DNA of 64,000 nucleotides from a virus: IMG/VR virus record IMGVR_UViG_3300020204_000007, positions 32,001 to 96,000 of that record; one strand, 5' to 3'. Shown piece by piece: positions 18,989 to 29,105 of this stretch (position 1 is its first letter; each line of letters starts with the position of its first letter). The notes under the pieces were generated by a model. It saw only the letters and a program-made list of their open reading frames with translations, ran no database searches and was not told where the DNA came from. The position numbers and the translations under genes were made by a program.

Positions 18989-20580
18989 AGTACGGACAAG
19001 AGGCCAGAGCAAAGGCTGTAAAGGCTTTAGAAGAAATTGCTGCAATTGTAGGAAGTACTCTTGGGCCAGGCGGAAAAACTGTTCTGTTAAGTCGGCGTAA
19101 TTCTGCTGATGAAATTTCTGTTAGTCACACAAAAGATGGTTTTAATGTTTTGAATGGCCTTCGATATACCGACCCTGTTTTTGATGCTGTCCATAAACTT
19201 TGTTTACAGGCCAGTGCAAATTCTGTGGTCTCTGCTGGAGATGGTACCACATCAACCATTGTTATGGCCGCTGCGTTTGCAAATGCATTGGTCAATAGTG
19301 GAAATAATCCGCAGGCAGCGGCCAGAAAATTTCGTAAAGAAATACAAAGAGCTATTGAGGCAATTAAGCAAGAGTGTATTTCTGGTGAAGAGGCTATTTA
19401 TAAAGTTGCTCTTACTAGTAGTAACGGAGATGAAGAACTTACCTCCTATGTACTAGAAGCAATTCAACAAAGCTCTGCTTACGGAACTGTAATTGTTGAA
19501 AAAAATCCAATGTCTAGAGAACCATTTAAAATTGATAAAGAATATGGATACCAAGCGGGTACTGGATATAGTTATTACCTACCATTTGCTCAAAGCATTC
19601 GACCAAATTTAGCAAATAACGCTGAATTTACTATGAAACAATGTTTTGTAATGCCATATAATGGCGATTTAATGATGATGTCACAAGTAAAGCCAATGCT
19701 AGAAACATTAGCTCGTAATCATCAGCAATGGAATTTATTGATTGTATGCCATCAAGTAGCAGAAGATTTAGCTGCAAACTTAGCGTATTTTAATCGCCAG
19801 AATCCACAAGTAAAAGTGTTTGTGGTTCGCACAACACCATCGGCAGAACTAAATGGGCAGGTTCAGCAATTAAATGACATTGCCGCATATACTGGCGCTA
19901 AAGTTATGGATGGTGGTAGTTTGACGCACATTACTATAGAAGACTTTGGCGATTGCAAATCTGCACGTATTGGGTCGCACAAAACATTTTTACTTGGCCG
20001 ATCAGATCGAAATTGGATTATTGAACGTGCAGAACAAAATGAAGAATCTGCAAGATTAGCACCAAGTCAGATGGATAGAGATATCATTAATTCACGAAAC
20101 GCATCATTAACAGGTGGCTGCGTGAAGCTAATTATTGGCGGGACGCTATTCAGCGACTTGCAAGAACGTGCCGACAGAGCTGATGATGCGATTAAAGCTT
20201 CACAGGCATGTGGGCGGAGTGGTGCTTTGCCAGGATGTGGTGCTTCATATATGCGGGCAGGACAACTTGGCGAAGTTTCAGAAGAAGTTTTAAAAGCTCT
20301 TTCAAGTATTCATTCGGTAATCATGGAAAATTTCGGTGAGACGCCTATGAAGCAATTTAAAAAATCAGAAACTTATTTTATTACAGAAAATAATATCAAA
20401 AAAGTGAGCAATTTTGTTGATTATGGTGTTGCAGATAGTTTTGAGACAATTAAATCTGTGATTACAAATGCTTTTGAATTAGGATTATTAGTGACTAATC
20501 TTGGTGGATATAGCCTTGAAGCTGATTTAGACCAAATGGAGCAGGCCGCTAGAGCAAAAGAAATTTTAAGAGGCGTATGA
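18973..20580 (+). CDS. groEL: GroEL-like chaperonin
   Basis: STLGPGG, TKDG, AGDGTTS, DDAIKA and GALPGCG motifs. Confidence 0.92.
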   Translation: MAKEIKYGQEARAKAVKALEEIAAIVGSTLGPGGKTVLLSRRNSADEISVSHTKDGFNVLNGLRYTDPVFDAVHKLCLQASANSVVSAGDGTTSTIVMAAAFANALVNSGNNPQAAARKFRKEIQRAIEAIKQECISGEEAIYKVALTSSNGDEELTSYVLEAIQQSSAYGTVIVEKNPMSREPFKIDKEYGYQAGTGYSYYLPFAQSIRPNLANNAEFTMKQCFVMPYNGDLMMMSQVKPMLETLARNHQQWNLLIVCHQVAEDLAANLAYFNRQNPQVKVFVVRTTPSAELNGQVQQLNDIAAYTGAKVMDGGSLTHITIEDFGDCKSARIGSHKTFLLGRSDRNWIIERAEQNEESARLAPSQMDRDIINSRNASLTGGCVKLIIGGTLFSDLQERADRADDAIKASQACGRSGALPGCGASYMRAGQLGEVSEEVLKALSSIHSVIMENFGETPMKQFKKSETYFITENNIKKVSNFVDYGVADSFETIKSVITNAFELGLLVTNLGGYSLEADLDQMEQAARAKEILRGV

Positions 20581-20585
20581 ATTAG

Positions 20586-20837
20586 ATGAAAAAGAAATTT
20601 TCTGCAAAAATTGAATTTTTACTCCCAGATGATTTTGAAGGTTCGTATACTGACGCTCTTAAAGAATATGTAAAATATTTAGAGTTGAATGGAGCGGAGG
20701 AAACAAACATTCCTCAATTCTTGCCAGAGGATTGGCATTTTGCTTTTGCCCTTGGCCAAGGAAAGAAGTCTTGCCACAGTTATGCTATAGACTTTTTTGG
20801 AGTAGATGTTCATGATTTAGAAGAATATCTCGATTAA
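20586..20837 (+). CDS. Hypothetical acidic protein
   Basis: ORF directly after groEL; no GroES motifs. Confidence 0.6.
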   Translation: MKKKFSAKIEFLLPDDFEGSYTDALKEYVKYLELNGAEETNIPQFLPEDWHFAFALGQGKKSCHSYAIDFFGVDVHDLEEYLD

Positions 20838-20864
20838 ATATTTTTTATTTTGTTTGTTTTTTTA

Positions 20865-20873
20865 TGATATAAT
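20865..20873 (+). promoter_or_regulatory. Extended -10 promoter (TGATATAAT) for the fibre gene
   Basis: About 30 nt upstream of the ATG, with AAGGAG SD between. Confidence 0.55.
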
Positions 20874-20902
20874 AATCTATCTTTCACAAAAGGAGTGTTT
20901 GT

Positions 20903-22747
20903 ATGTCCCAGATTAAGAAAAAGTTTATTAAGAATAATGCTGTCGATGGCGCGAAGCTATTACTTCTTAATGAGCAATCCATCCGTGCCCTTGATGCTAG
21001 TGGTAATGCTGTTGAGCTTATGAAGCTTGATGCTTCTGGCGATCTCCGTTTGCTAGTCCTTCCAAAATCAGATGCCGATCCTACTTCATCTGAGCATTTG
21101 GCTCGTAAAGGCTATGTTGATGCTGAAGTTGCTGGCGCTTTAAGTTCTGCAAATAGCTATGCCGATGCGCAAATTGCTGCGACAGTAGGTGCTGCACCTG
21201 ATCTTCTTAATACTCTCCAAGAACTTGCTTCTGCTCTTGGCGATGATGCTAACTTTGCTTCTACAATCGCTAGCCAAATTTCTGCTCTTGATGGTCGTTT
21301 AGACACACTTGAAGGCGACGATAGCGTAGCTGATTCTGTCGAACAAAGAATTTCTGAGCGTTTGAGCCCTTCTGATTCTCGCAGAATGCTTTATGTAGAC
21401 CTTACTGCTCCTGGCGGTTGGCATAAACCAACAGAAAGTCTTTCTTATACTCCAGATGGTACTATTTTCAAACCGTTCAATGACATCCAAGCTGCAATTA
21501 ACCACGGTTATACGCAATTAGATGACATGGTTTATGGAGCTAGTGACGCAAACCATGACTTCTGTGTTGTTGTTCGCGCTCTTGCTTCTGGTGATGCCAC
21601 TGGTTCTGATGTCAGCATGCAAACTGGTAATAATGCAAGACCTTTGAGCATTGTTATTGACCCAAGTGCAATTCGCCAAGCTGCTGGATTAAACGCGCTT
21701 TCTTCAGCTGGCGGCGGTAAAATGACGCTTATGGTTGAAGACGGAAATTTTGGTGCTATCATTCCAATTAAATTGATTGGTACTATCACAATTAGCGGTC
21801 AATATACAACACGCGTTAAGCTCAAAAATGTGTTTATCGAGGCTCCTGGGTTCACTTCTGCTAACCCTCCTACAGTTGTTACAATTAACGGTACTGCTGG
21901 TAGACATTATTTTGATAACTGTAACCTCATGGGTAAAGTTGCATTCCAAGGCGCATGGGCTCGTTGGCATGACTTTTATAACTGTGCAACACACGGTTAT
22001 GTTCTAAGCGGTACATCTACAGGTTCTGTTTATTCTTACAACACAATTGTAGATGGATCAACATCAGTTGGCACTGGTATTATGGCGTTTAACACGTCTG
22101 ACCGCATCCACTCTGTTTCACACACAGCTGGTATTCTTCTTATGACCAGATGTGCGCTTACAAACTCTGCTGGTGTTGTATCTTCAGCCGCTGCTCCTGG
22201 CGCTCTCTCTTTAAGAGACGTTAACTTTCATAACGGTACTGCTTACTGCGCATTAACTAAATCTGGTTCCGCACCATACATGTTCAGCAATGTCATAAGA
22301 AGTGACGCGGCTGACGAAGGAATGGTTGGAACAAGACTAGTTCTTGGTGCATCATCTGCAGACTTAAAGTTCGTTTCACAAGATGCGGGTAAATGGAATG
22401 CTGGTTCTAACCCAATTAGCGTTAGATCTGCACTTGATGAAGTTGCTGGAAAAATCTCCAATTTAAGTCAATCGTTAGATAACCGTTATCCTGTTTCTGG
22501 AGTTGCAGTTTTAACCGCTCAAGATATTGCAAACGGATATCTTGCACTTGGTGCGCCAATGAGCTCAATTGTGCCATCTTCTATTCTTGCATGGGTTGAT
22601 CGTTTGGCTATTTTTGAAAATAGTGATTTCGCCTTACTTGATACTGGTACAGATACTCATTTGGTGTTTGACGGAAGTCTCATGCCAGGCGGTGATGAAG
22701 CTCTTGCTGTAGGCGATAGAATTCGTTTTCAGTACTGGGTTGTGTAA
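20903..22747 (+). CDS. Tail fibre/spike-like structural protein with a central beta-helix-like region
   Basis: ARKGYVD and APDLLNTLQELASALGDDANFASTI fibre motif; G/S/T/A-rich beta region. Confidence 0.75.
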   Translation: MSQIKKKFIKNNAVDGAKLLLLNEQSIRALDASGNAVELMKLDASGDLRLLVLPKSDADPTSSEHLARKGYVDAEVAGALSSANSYADAQIAATVGAAPDLLNTLQELASALGDDANFASTIASQISALDGRLDTLEGDDSVADSVEQRISERLSPSDSRRMLYVDLTAPGGWHKPTESLSYTPDGTIFKPFNDIQAAINHGYTQLDDMVYGASDANHDFCVVVRALASGDATGSDVSMQTGNNARPLSIVIDPSAIRQAAGLNALSSAGGGKMTLMVEDGNFGAIIPIKLIGTITISGQYTTRVKLKNVFIEAPGFTSANPPTVVTINGTAGRHYFDNCNLMGKVAFQGAWARWHDFYNCATHGYVLSGTSTGSVYSYNTIVDGSTSVGTGIMAFNTSDRIHSVSHTAGILLMTRCALTNSAGVVSSAAAPGALSLRDVNFHNGTAYCALTKSGSAPYMFSNVIRSDAADEGMVGTRLVLGASSADLKFVSQDAGKWNAGSNPISVRSALDEVAGKISNLSQSLDNRYPVSGVAVLTAQDIANGYLALGAPMSSIVPSSILAWVDRLAIFENSDFALLDTGTDTHLVFDGSLMPGGDEALAVGDRIRFQYWVV

Positions 22748-22768
22748 TTAAAAAATTACATATAAATT

Positions 22769-22799
22769 AAAGAGCCGGTGAAAAACCGGCTCTTTTTTT
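22769..22799 (+). terminator. Rho-independent terminator
   Basis: aagagccggt-gaaaa-accggctctt followed by a T-run. Confidence 0.85.
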
Positions 22800-23087
22800 A
22801 TTTAATTATTAAAATATAATTAACTTATCAAGTCAATAGAAAATAAATATTCAGAAATTTGTGTATCTATAAAATTTAAACATTTATTTAATGATTTTGT
22901 TTCAAACATTGGAGATTTGAATTCATTTTGATTAATTTTATGATTAAAATTCAATTTGTATTTTTTATTTAACTTTCAAAAACAATCATTGATCCAAAAA
23001 TTGTTTTAAATTCAATTCTAAAATAACGGAACACCAGTCATTTTAACCCTTCGTGGTTATTATAAGTATAATGCAAATTCCTCAATA

Positions 23088-24947
23088 TCAAAGCTTAATA
23101 ATGTAGTAATTTACGACATAGTTCGCGCTATCTGTTGTTTGCGAGGTCGTAAAGCTGAAACTATTACTCGCTTTAGCGGTTATTACAGATGACAAATGCC
23201 GAGGAGTGGTGTCAACCGTATTTGAAATGTCCATAAGAACCACATAGCTTGTAGACCCAATATCGCTGAATGAAACCGTAAAAGTAGAAACCTGCGATGT
23301 CATGGGTGAAGTACCATAGCGAACAACGCCTGAGATGGTGTTTGCCGCCACATAAGCCTTCATTGCCGAGATAGAAGGAGCCTGATCCGTTTCACTTCCG
23401 GCAGTCGAGTTTACAACCGCCGCAGTTCTTGCGCGAGCAGTTGTGAAATACTGATTACTTCCTTCAGTGATTACACTTGTGGTTGTGTCGATTGCAGCTT
23501 GCAATTTCGTGATTGCGCTCGCAACAGACGTATTAGCAAGATAAATGTTAGAAGCATAATAAATAACAGCACCAGCAGAACCGTCAATTGCTTTACCTGT
23601 TCCAGCTGCAATATTGAAAGAACAATTAAGAACAGTGCAAACTGTTCCAGCCGCAATTAAAATACCTGACTTATTAGCAGTACCGTTTTGGATTAAACTC
23701 AGTGCTGCAGTGAATCCGCCTGTTCCGGCCATTTCAATAACATAGTCTTTATCAGAGATAATTTGACTATTTGAAATAGATGAAACAACAGAATTATTGC
23801 TCATCTTAATTGCTCTTGCCGAAACATCTGTTGAATAAAGGCGGTAAATCTCAGAGTTGAATGCTGAGAAAAGTTGACCTTTAATCAAGTCAAGCGCGTG
23901 TCCTGCACCCGTACCAACACAATTGATAACAGTATTATCAAGGTATAGCCGTGAAAGACTTGGAGCTGTGTTGTTCATTGACACCGCACTATATCCTGCA
24001 CTTGTTTGGTGAACTTGAGAGTTAATAAGCTGCAAAATAACTTGTTGATTACCGGTATAATTCAGAACATTTCTTGTCCCGCCTAAAAGATTAGCCACGA
24101 GGATGTTGCTGATAGATGAAATGTTTGCAAATATTCCACCGGGTTCAGCAATACCAATTGCAAAATCAATACCGCCCTTAATAGAAACAGCTTGGATATT
24201 CTTTCTTGGAGCTTGGAGACCAACAAGGTGTGTATTTGAGCGAGTCCAGCTCAACGTCTCATTGTAAACACCTGGGTAAATATAAATAACACAGTCTTCG
24301 ATATTTGCTCCAGCAACAGGTGCAGGCAAGGAATCCATTGCAGCCTGAACTGTTCTATAAGGAGCAGCTTCTGAACCATTTCCAGTTGAGTCTGAACCAT
24401 TATATGCAACATAACGGCTGTATTCTGGTCTGAATTGGATAGCACCTTTAACTGAAGAAACAGATGGAGCTTGGTTCGTTTGGGAACCAGCCATTGAATC
24501 AACGACAGCTGCAGTTTGAGCTAATGCGTCTGAGAAGTATTTATTGATAGCACCTTCAGAAACATCATCCGTATCAAGAACAACATCACCAATCTCTCCG
24601 TTCACAGAAGTAACTGGAGCCGACAAATCTGGTAATTGAGAAGATGGAATTTTACCATTCCCATCAAGAGTAGCTACGCCGTCGGGCGAACCTTTTTCTG
24701 AATTTTGAACTGTATTATCTGCAGTGTTTAGCCTTTGCCATTCCAAACTATTATATATAATCCAATCACCAACTTCCCAATTAGATACTCCATCAATTAG
24801 TGTTGTGCCTGCAACAGAGACAATATAATAGTTTCCGCTAACACCAAGACCGCTATTTAACTCTGGTAAATTAGCGTTTGCGTCCCACGTTCCTTTATAA
24901 GTCAAAACTCCTAATTTATTAGACGCAAATTTTTTTAAAAAACTCAT
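23088..24947 (-). CDS. Tail fibre/spike protein with a pectin-lyase-like beta-helix
   Basis: YKGTWDA, GVATLDGNGKIPSSQLP, VTSVNGEIGDV, GSDSTGNGSEAAPYRTVQAA and IYPGVYNE motifs. Confidence 0.75.
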   Translation of the reverse strand: MSFLKKFASNKLGVLTYKGTWDANANLPELNSGLGVSGNYYIVSVAGTTLIDGVSNWEVGDWIIYNSLEWQRLNTADNTVQNSEKGSPDGVATLDGNGKIPSSQLPDLSAPVTSVNGEIGDVVLDTDDVSEGAINKYFSDALAQTAAVVDSMAGSQTNQAPSVSSVKGAIQFRPEYSRYVAYNGSDSTGNGSEAAPYRTVQAAMDSLPAPVAGANIEDCVIYIYPGVYNETLSWTRSNTHLVGLQAPRKNIQAVSIKGGIDFAIGIAEPGGIFANISSISNILVANLLGGTRNVLNYTGNQQVILQLINSQVHQTSAGYSAVSMNNTAPSLSRLYLDNTVINCVGTGAGHALDLIKGQLFSAFNSEIYRLYSTDVSARAIKMSNNSVVSSISNSQIISDKDYVIEMAGTGGFTAALSLIQNGTANKSGILIAAGTVCTVLNCSFNIAAGTGKAIDGSAGAVIYYASNIYLANTSVASAITKLQAAIDTTTSVITEGSNQYFTTARARTAAVVNSTAGSETDQAPSISAMKAYVAANTISGVVRYGTSPMTSQVSTFTVSFSDIGSTSYVVLMDISNTVDTTPRHLSSVITAKASNSFSFTTSQTTDSANYVVNYYIIKL

Positions 24948-25033
24948 TTGAAAAAAAACCTCTATAAAAGTTTTAACATAAATATCATTATATAATAATA
25001 TGATATCATTAATTATAATACAAAGGATTTATT

Positions 25034-25441
25034 ATGCAATTTGGAATTCAACCAATTGAATATTATGGCAATATTAATGATTTTACAACTGTAAAAAGCT
25101 GGGATGTTTCTGGCGGCAGTCCAGCTACGTTGTATTTTATTCTGACTAAAACAGATGGATTAGGAACCAAACGGTTTATTACTGATAATTCTACTACAGT
25201 CAATGTTTTATTTTTAAGATCTAGGCCAGCAAAAAGCGGGGAGTCTGCAAAAACAATTTCCAAAACAGCCGTTGCTGTTTCTCCAAATGATAAATCTTTG
25301 TTTCAAATAAATTTATCAGCAGAAGATGCTTCCAATATACTTTCCGGATCAGTCCAGTTGGTAGTAACCATCAGTGGTGTTCAAAACAAGAGTAGTGTGC
25401 CATATATAATCAAAAAAAGTATTTCTTCCCCTGGATTTTGA
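25034..25441 (+). CDS. Hypothetical beta-rich protein (BppU-N/Ig-like, likely virion)
   Basis: AAGGA SD; beta-strand pattern. Confidence 0.6.
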   Translation: MQFGIQPIEYYGNINDFTTVKSWDVSGGSPATLYFILTKTDGLGTKRFITDNSTTVNVLFLRSRPAKSGESAKTISKTAVAVSPNDKSLFQINLSAEDASNILSGSVQLVVTISGVQNKSSVPYIIKKSISSPGF

Positions 25442-25490
25442 TGTATAATTTGTGTAGTTTAACTCTTTCTTCTTTAATAGAGGTGTATTT

Positions 25491-26018
25491 ATGGCTAGTC
25501 CACGTTTTTCAAAGGTAGCAAAGCAACTTGAAGATAACCTAAAGAATTTAGGCTATTCAAAGGCTAAAGCTAAAGTTGTTTCGGTTGATTCTGATGGCAA
25601 TGTTATTGCTTGGCTTAACCATTCTTCAGCAGGCTCTGCAGCTGGTGATCTTCAATGCTTCCTACGTTTTAAAGCATGGGAAGTTGCTGGTCTTCAGTGG
25701 CCAGATTCAATGAAAACACAGCTACATGCTGCTGGTCAATTTGCAGAAGGTGCTGCTCTTGTTGAACTTATTATCGAAGCTCCTGCGGCAACACCTGCTG
25801 CCGGCGGACTTCATAAGTTCCTTCCAGATGTTCTCCATGTTCTTCGTGGACAAAACGGCGCAGTCGTCAGGCTAAAAGAAACTGCCGCTGGATCAGCCCC
25901 TGCTCTTGCTCCAGGCGGAGTCCTTGCAACTGCTGCTGCAACATGGAATGCTGCTGGTGTAGAAGTCGGTGTGCTTATGCCTTACGGCCGTGGCACTGCT
26001 CCTGGTTCTTTGGCCTAA
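25491..26018 (+). CDS. Ala/Gly-rich probable virion protein
   Basis: GAGGTG SD, TGTATAAT upstream, own terminator, codon usage like the capsid gene. Confidence 0.65.
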   Translation: MASPRFSKVAKQLEDNLKNLGYSKAKAKVVSVDSDGNVIAWLNHSSAGSAAGDLQCFLRFKAWEVAGLQWPDSMKTQLHAAGQFAEGAALVELIIEAPAATPAAGGLHKFLPDVLHVLRGQNGAVVRLKETAAGSAPALAPGGVLATAAATWNAAGVEVGVLMPYGRGTAPGSLA

Positions 26019-26023
26019 TTTAG

Positions 26024-26048
26024 TGGGCCGAAAGGCCCATTTATTTTT
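26024..26048 (+). terminator. Terminator hairpin with GAAA loop
   Basis: tgggcc-gaaa-ggccca followed by tttattttt. Confidence 0.75.
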
Positions 26049-26064
26049 AATCTTGAGGTGAAAA

Positions 26065-26331
26065 ATGGCTTTACTAAGTCCAGAAGTAAAAAAACTATTA
26101 AACGACTTTTCAAAGTCACAGCCAGCTTTGAATCTTCCAGGTCTTCCTGCTGACCAAGCAGGCATTAAGCTTGGTGATCTTATCGAAGCAGCTGCGGCTG
26201 GTGAAGTTGCTGACCAATCTGCTGCAATTGCAGCACTACAGGCGGCTGTGCTAGCACTACAAGGTCAAGTTAGTACGTTGCAATCAACTGTAGCTGATCA
26301 TGAGTCTCGTATTGCTGCTCTTGAACCATAA
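26065..26331 (+). CDS. Small coiled-coil probable virion protein
   Basis: GAGGTG SD; heptad C-terminus ending DHESRIAALE. Confidence 0.7.
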   Translation: MALLSPEVKKLLNDFSKSQPALNLPGLPADQAGIKLGDLIEAAAAGEVADQSAAIAALQAAVLALQGQVSTLQSTVADHESRIAALEP

Positions 26332-26341
26332 GAGGTGTTAA

Positions 26342-27259
26342 ATGAAACAAAATGAGTTATTTCAAAACATTGACACGCTTATGACGGAAGTTCTTGAACT
26401 CAAGAAATCTTGGGACGAGAAAGTTGAAAAGGCTGAAGCTGAGCCTTCTGATGCGCAAGATGATGCTGTTCATATGGCAGATCATGGCGCAGACGAAGAA
26501 AGTCTCGCTGAATACGCTAAAAAACTTTCTGACGAAGAACTTCATGAACTCATTTCTTCACTAGTCCAAGAAGCAGAAGGACGAGGCGGAGAAGGTGAAG
26601 AACAAGAAGCCCCTGAAGTGGGTAAAAGCGAAGACGAAGACGAAGACGAAGGCGAGGACGAATCTGAAGAACCAGAAATGGAAAAAGCAGATGAGCAAAT
26701 GCCTGAAGACGACGAAGCTATGCAAATGCCTGAACAAGACGCAGATGCTGAATCGGAACCAGAAGAAGGTGGCGATTTAGGCTCAAAAGTAGCTGAACTT
26801 TCTGACGAAGAAATCCAAACTTTGATGTCAGCAATTCAAGCTGAAATGGGCAATCGTGGCGGCGGTGGTGCTGGTCCTGCTCCAGTTGGAAAATCAGAGT
26901 ATGAAGAAAAGATGGAAAAAAGCTTACGTGCTGCTATCAAAAAAATTGATGAACTTAGTTCTCAAATTGACTCTCTAAAAAAGAGTAACGCTAAGAAAGT
27001 AGAACGTAAAGAGTCTATGCCATCTCAAAAATATGCTGATCCTAAAGTTACAGTTTTAGAAAAATCTGTTCCAGAAGATTCTAAAGTTGTTATGACTGGA
27101 GCAACTCTTGCAAACTGGCTAATTAGCGAACAAGCTGCCGGAAACAAAAAGGTTAACTCCGATATTGTTACTAAGGCAAACCTTGCTAAGTCTGTTGAAG
27201 ATGCTTCTGAGTTCTATAAAGAACTCGAAAGAATTGGAATTAAAGCACCTCGCTCATAA
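26342..27259 (+). CDS. Highly acidic scaffold-like head protein
   Basis: E/D-rich; about ten [LVM]xK[SA] motifs; duplicated LSDEE helix; GAGGTG SD. Confidence 0.65.
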   Translation: MKQNELFQNIDTLMTEVLELKKSWDEKVEKAEAEPSDAQDDAVHMADHGADEESLAEYAKKLSDEELHELISSLVQEAEGRGGEGEEQEAPEVGKSEDEDEDEGEDESEEPEMEKADEQMPEDDEAMQMPEQDADAESEPEEGGDLGSKVAELSDEEIQTLMSAIQAEMGNRGGGGAGPAPVGKSEYEEKMEKSLRAAIKKIDELSSQIDSLKKSNAKKVERKESMPSQKYADPKVTVLEKSVPEDSKVVMTGATLANWLISEQAAGNKKVNSDIVTKANLAKSVEDASEFYKELERIGIKAPRS

Positions 27260-27294
27260 TGCCCATCCCTCCCTCTTATGAGTTAGGTATTCTG

Positions 27295-27328
27295 CCCTAA
27301 GAATTTTTTCTTAGGGTTTTCTTTTTTT
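27295..27328 (+). terminator. Rho-independent terminator
   Basis: ccctaaga/tcttaggg stem followed by a T-run. Confidence 0.75.
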
Positions 27329-27362
27329 ACAAAACTGCATACATTTAATTTAGGAGATTTTT

Positions 27363-27635
27363 ATGCAAGAAAAACTAATTCGTCTTTGTTGTAAAAATTG
27401 TTCTAATAGCTTTTTATGTTGGGAAGATAAAAAACCAACTAATTGTCCAAAATGCCAGTCAGCAACTTTACTTACTGTTATGAATACAAACACTGTTCCT
27501 GTTACTACTGGGACGATGATTGAATATTCATATGACAATTTAGATACAATCGATTCTTTTATTACAGAACAAGCGCAAATTGAAGATCAAGAGCGTGATT
27601 TAAACAAATTAGCAAAAGGTCGAAAAGACGCATGA
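27363..27635 (+). CDS. Zinc-ribbon protein coupled to the helicase gene
   Basis: CKNC...CPKC; AGGAG SD; ATGA overlap with the helicase. Confidence 0.7.
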   Translation: MQEKLIRLCCKNCSNSFLCWEDKKPTNCPKCQSATLLTVMNTNTVPVTTGTMIEYSYDNLDTIDSFITEQAQIEDQERDLNKLAKGRKDA

Positions 27636-28996
27636 GCACAGAAATTAAAGATAATATTGCTAACTTTGACGCTAGATTTTTAAAAGGTGCTGTACTTCGC
27701 CTTATTCTGCAACCATCTTTGATAGATAAATATCGAGAATATCTATATCCAGAAATGTTTGATATTGGAGATGAATTTCAATCTTTATTTCGTGTTGCAA
27801 AAATATTATTAGATCGATCTAAAATCGAACCTGTTTCTATGGAAGCTTTGATAGGTTGGTTAAATTTGCAGCCATCGGGCGATGGGCGTGATGCTAGTAT
27901 GCAGCTAGCAGAAAAAATGCGACTAGATTCTGATCTTTATAAATTTGCGCAAAATGATGGATATTTTGCAGAATTTTTAAGATATCTTAAAGCGCAAACT
28001 TTTATTAATTCCCATAAATCGGTTACTAAGAAATTTAAAAATACAGATTTTGATTCTGCGTATAAAGATCTAGAAATTACTCTAAGCAAGATTAAGTCTA
28101 TTGGTACCGAGGAAGAAGAAACTGTTAATTGGGAAACTGCTCATAAATTTCTAGAAGAAAATTCACAAAAACGATACAATCGATTTAAAATTGGCATTGC
28201 AGACTTTGATTCGCTGGCAGGTTTTGAAGAGCAATCAATGAATTTGTTTATCTCCACTTCTGGTGGTGGCAAGAGCATGATGTCGATTCATTTGGTTGTA
28301 CAAGCTGTGCGGCAACAAAAACACGTTCATGCTGTTTTTGTGGAAGACCGGCAACCAACTATCTTACGGCGTTTATTTGCAAACATGACTGGTATTCCAA
28401 TTAATGAACTTTCTAAATACAATGATTTATCTCAAGATAAAAAAAACGCAATTAAAGCCGCTGCCGTTGAATTAAAAAAATACGCCACAATTGATTTTAT
28501 TTATCAAAACCCTCCATCTTCTATTTTGCAAAAAATTCATGAAAGAAATCGTGAAAGAAAAAATCAGGGATTAGCGGAAAATAAAGTTGTGATTATTGAT
28601 TATATACAACATATTGGTCATATGGCGGCAGGCGATAGTATGCATGAAAAGTTGCATCGTTCTATGGCCGATTTTAAGGATTTTTGTTTGAAGCACCATA
28701 TGATTGGATTCACCCATTTCCAAGTAAACAGATCTGGAGCAGCAATGATGCGTAATAACGACGAAAATCAGCTTATTGATATGAGCATGATTTCAGGTTC
28801 ATATAATGCTTGCTTTGTGGCCGATAATATTATTTCTATTAATAGAACACCACAAATGCGGATTGACAATGAAGCCGTTTTGTACGTTATTAAAGGTCGA
28901 GAAGGCTGTAATGAGAATAAATATAAAGTTAAAACAGACTTTGCATATGGTATATACCGTATGGAATCGGCAGAAAAACTGGAAGATGTTCTCTGA
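27632..28996 (+). CDS. DnaB/gp41-like replicative helicase
   Basis: STSGGGKS, IIDYI, FQVNRSG and KGREG motifs. Confidence 0.88.
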   Translation: MSTEIKDNIANFDARFLKGAVLRLILQPSLIDKYREYLYPEMFDIGDEFQSLFRVAKILLDRSKIEPVSMEALIGWLNLQPSGDGRDASMQLAEKMRLDSDLYKFAQNDGYFAEFLRYLKAQTFINSHKSVTKKFKNTDFDSAYKDLEITLSKIKSIGTEEEETVNWETAHKFLEENSQKRYNRFKIGIADFDSLAGFEEQSMNLFISTSGGGKSMMSIHLVVQAVRQQKHVHAVFVEDRQPTILRRLFANMTGIPINELSKYNDLSQDKKNAIKAAAVELKKYATIDFIYQNPPSSILQKIHERNRERKNQGLAENKVVIIDYIQHIGHMAAGDSMHEKLHRSMADFKDFCLKHHMIGFTHFQVNRSGAAMMRNNDENQLIDMSMISGSYNACFVADNIISINRTPQMRIDNEAVLYVIKGREGCNENKYKVKTDFAYGIYRMESAEKLEDVL

Positions 28997-29105
28997 AGCG
29001 AATTTAAATAATTAAAACATAGTTTTATAATTTAAAATTGATTTTTGAAACATATTCGGGTGACAATAGAACTCTGGCTAAGATTTCTACGGGAGTTATT
29101 TTTAG

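Noticed and set aside
20586-20837. GroES next to groEL
   Set aside because: The size fits, but there is no PLxDRV or mobile-loop motif.
22800-23087. AT-rich gap as a replication origin or ncRNA
   Set aside because: No iterons, DnaA boxes or stable structure seen; consistent with the space between convergent genes.
20903-24947. Invertible tail-fibre switch or diversity-generating retroelement
   Set aside because: The genes are convergent, but no invertase, flanking inverted repeats, reverse transcriptase or TR/VR pair is visible.
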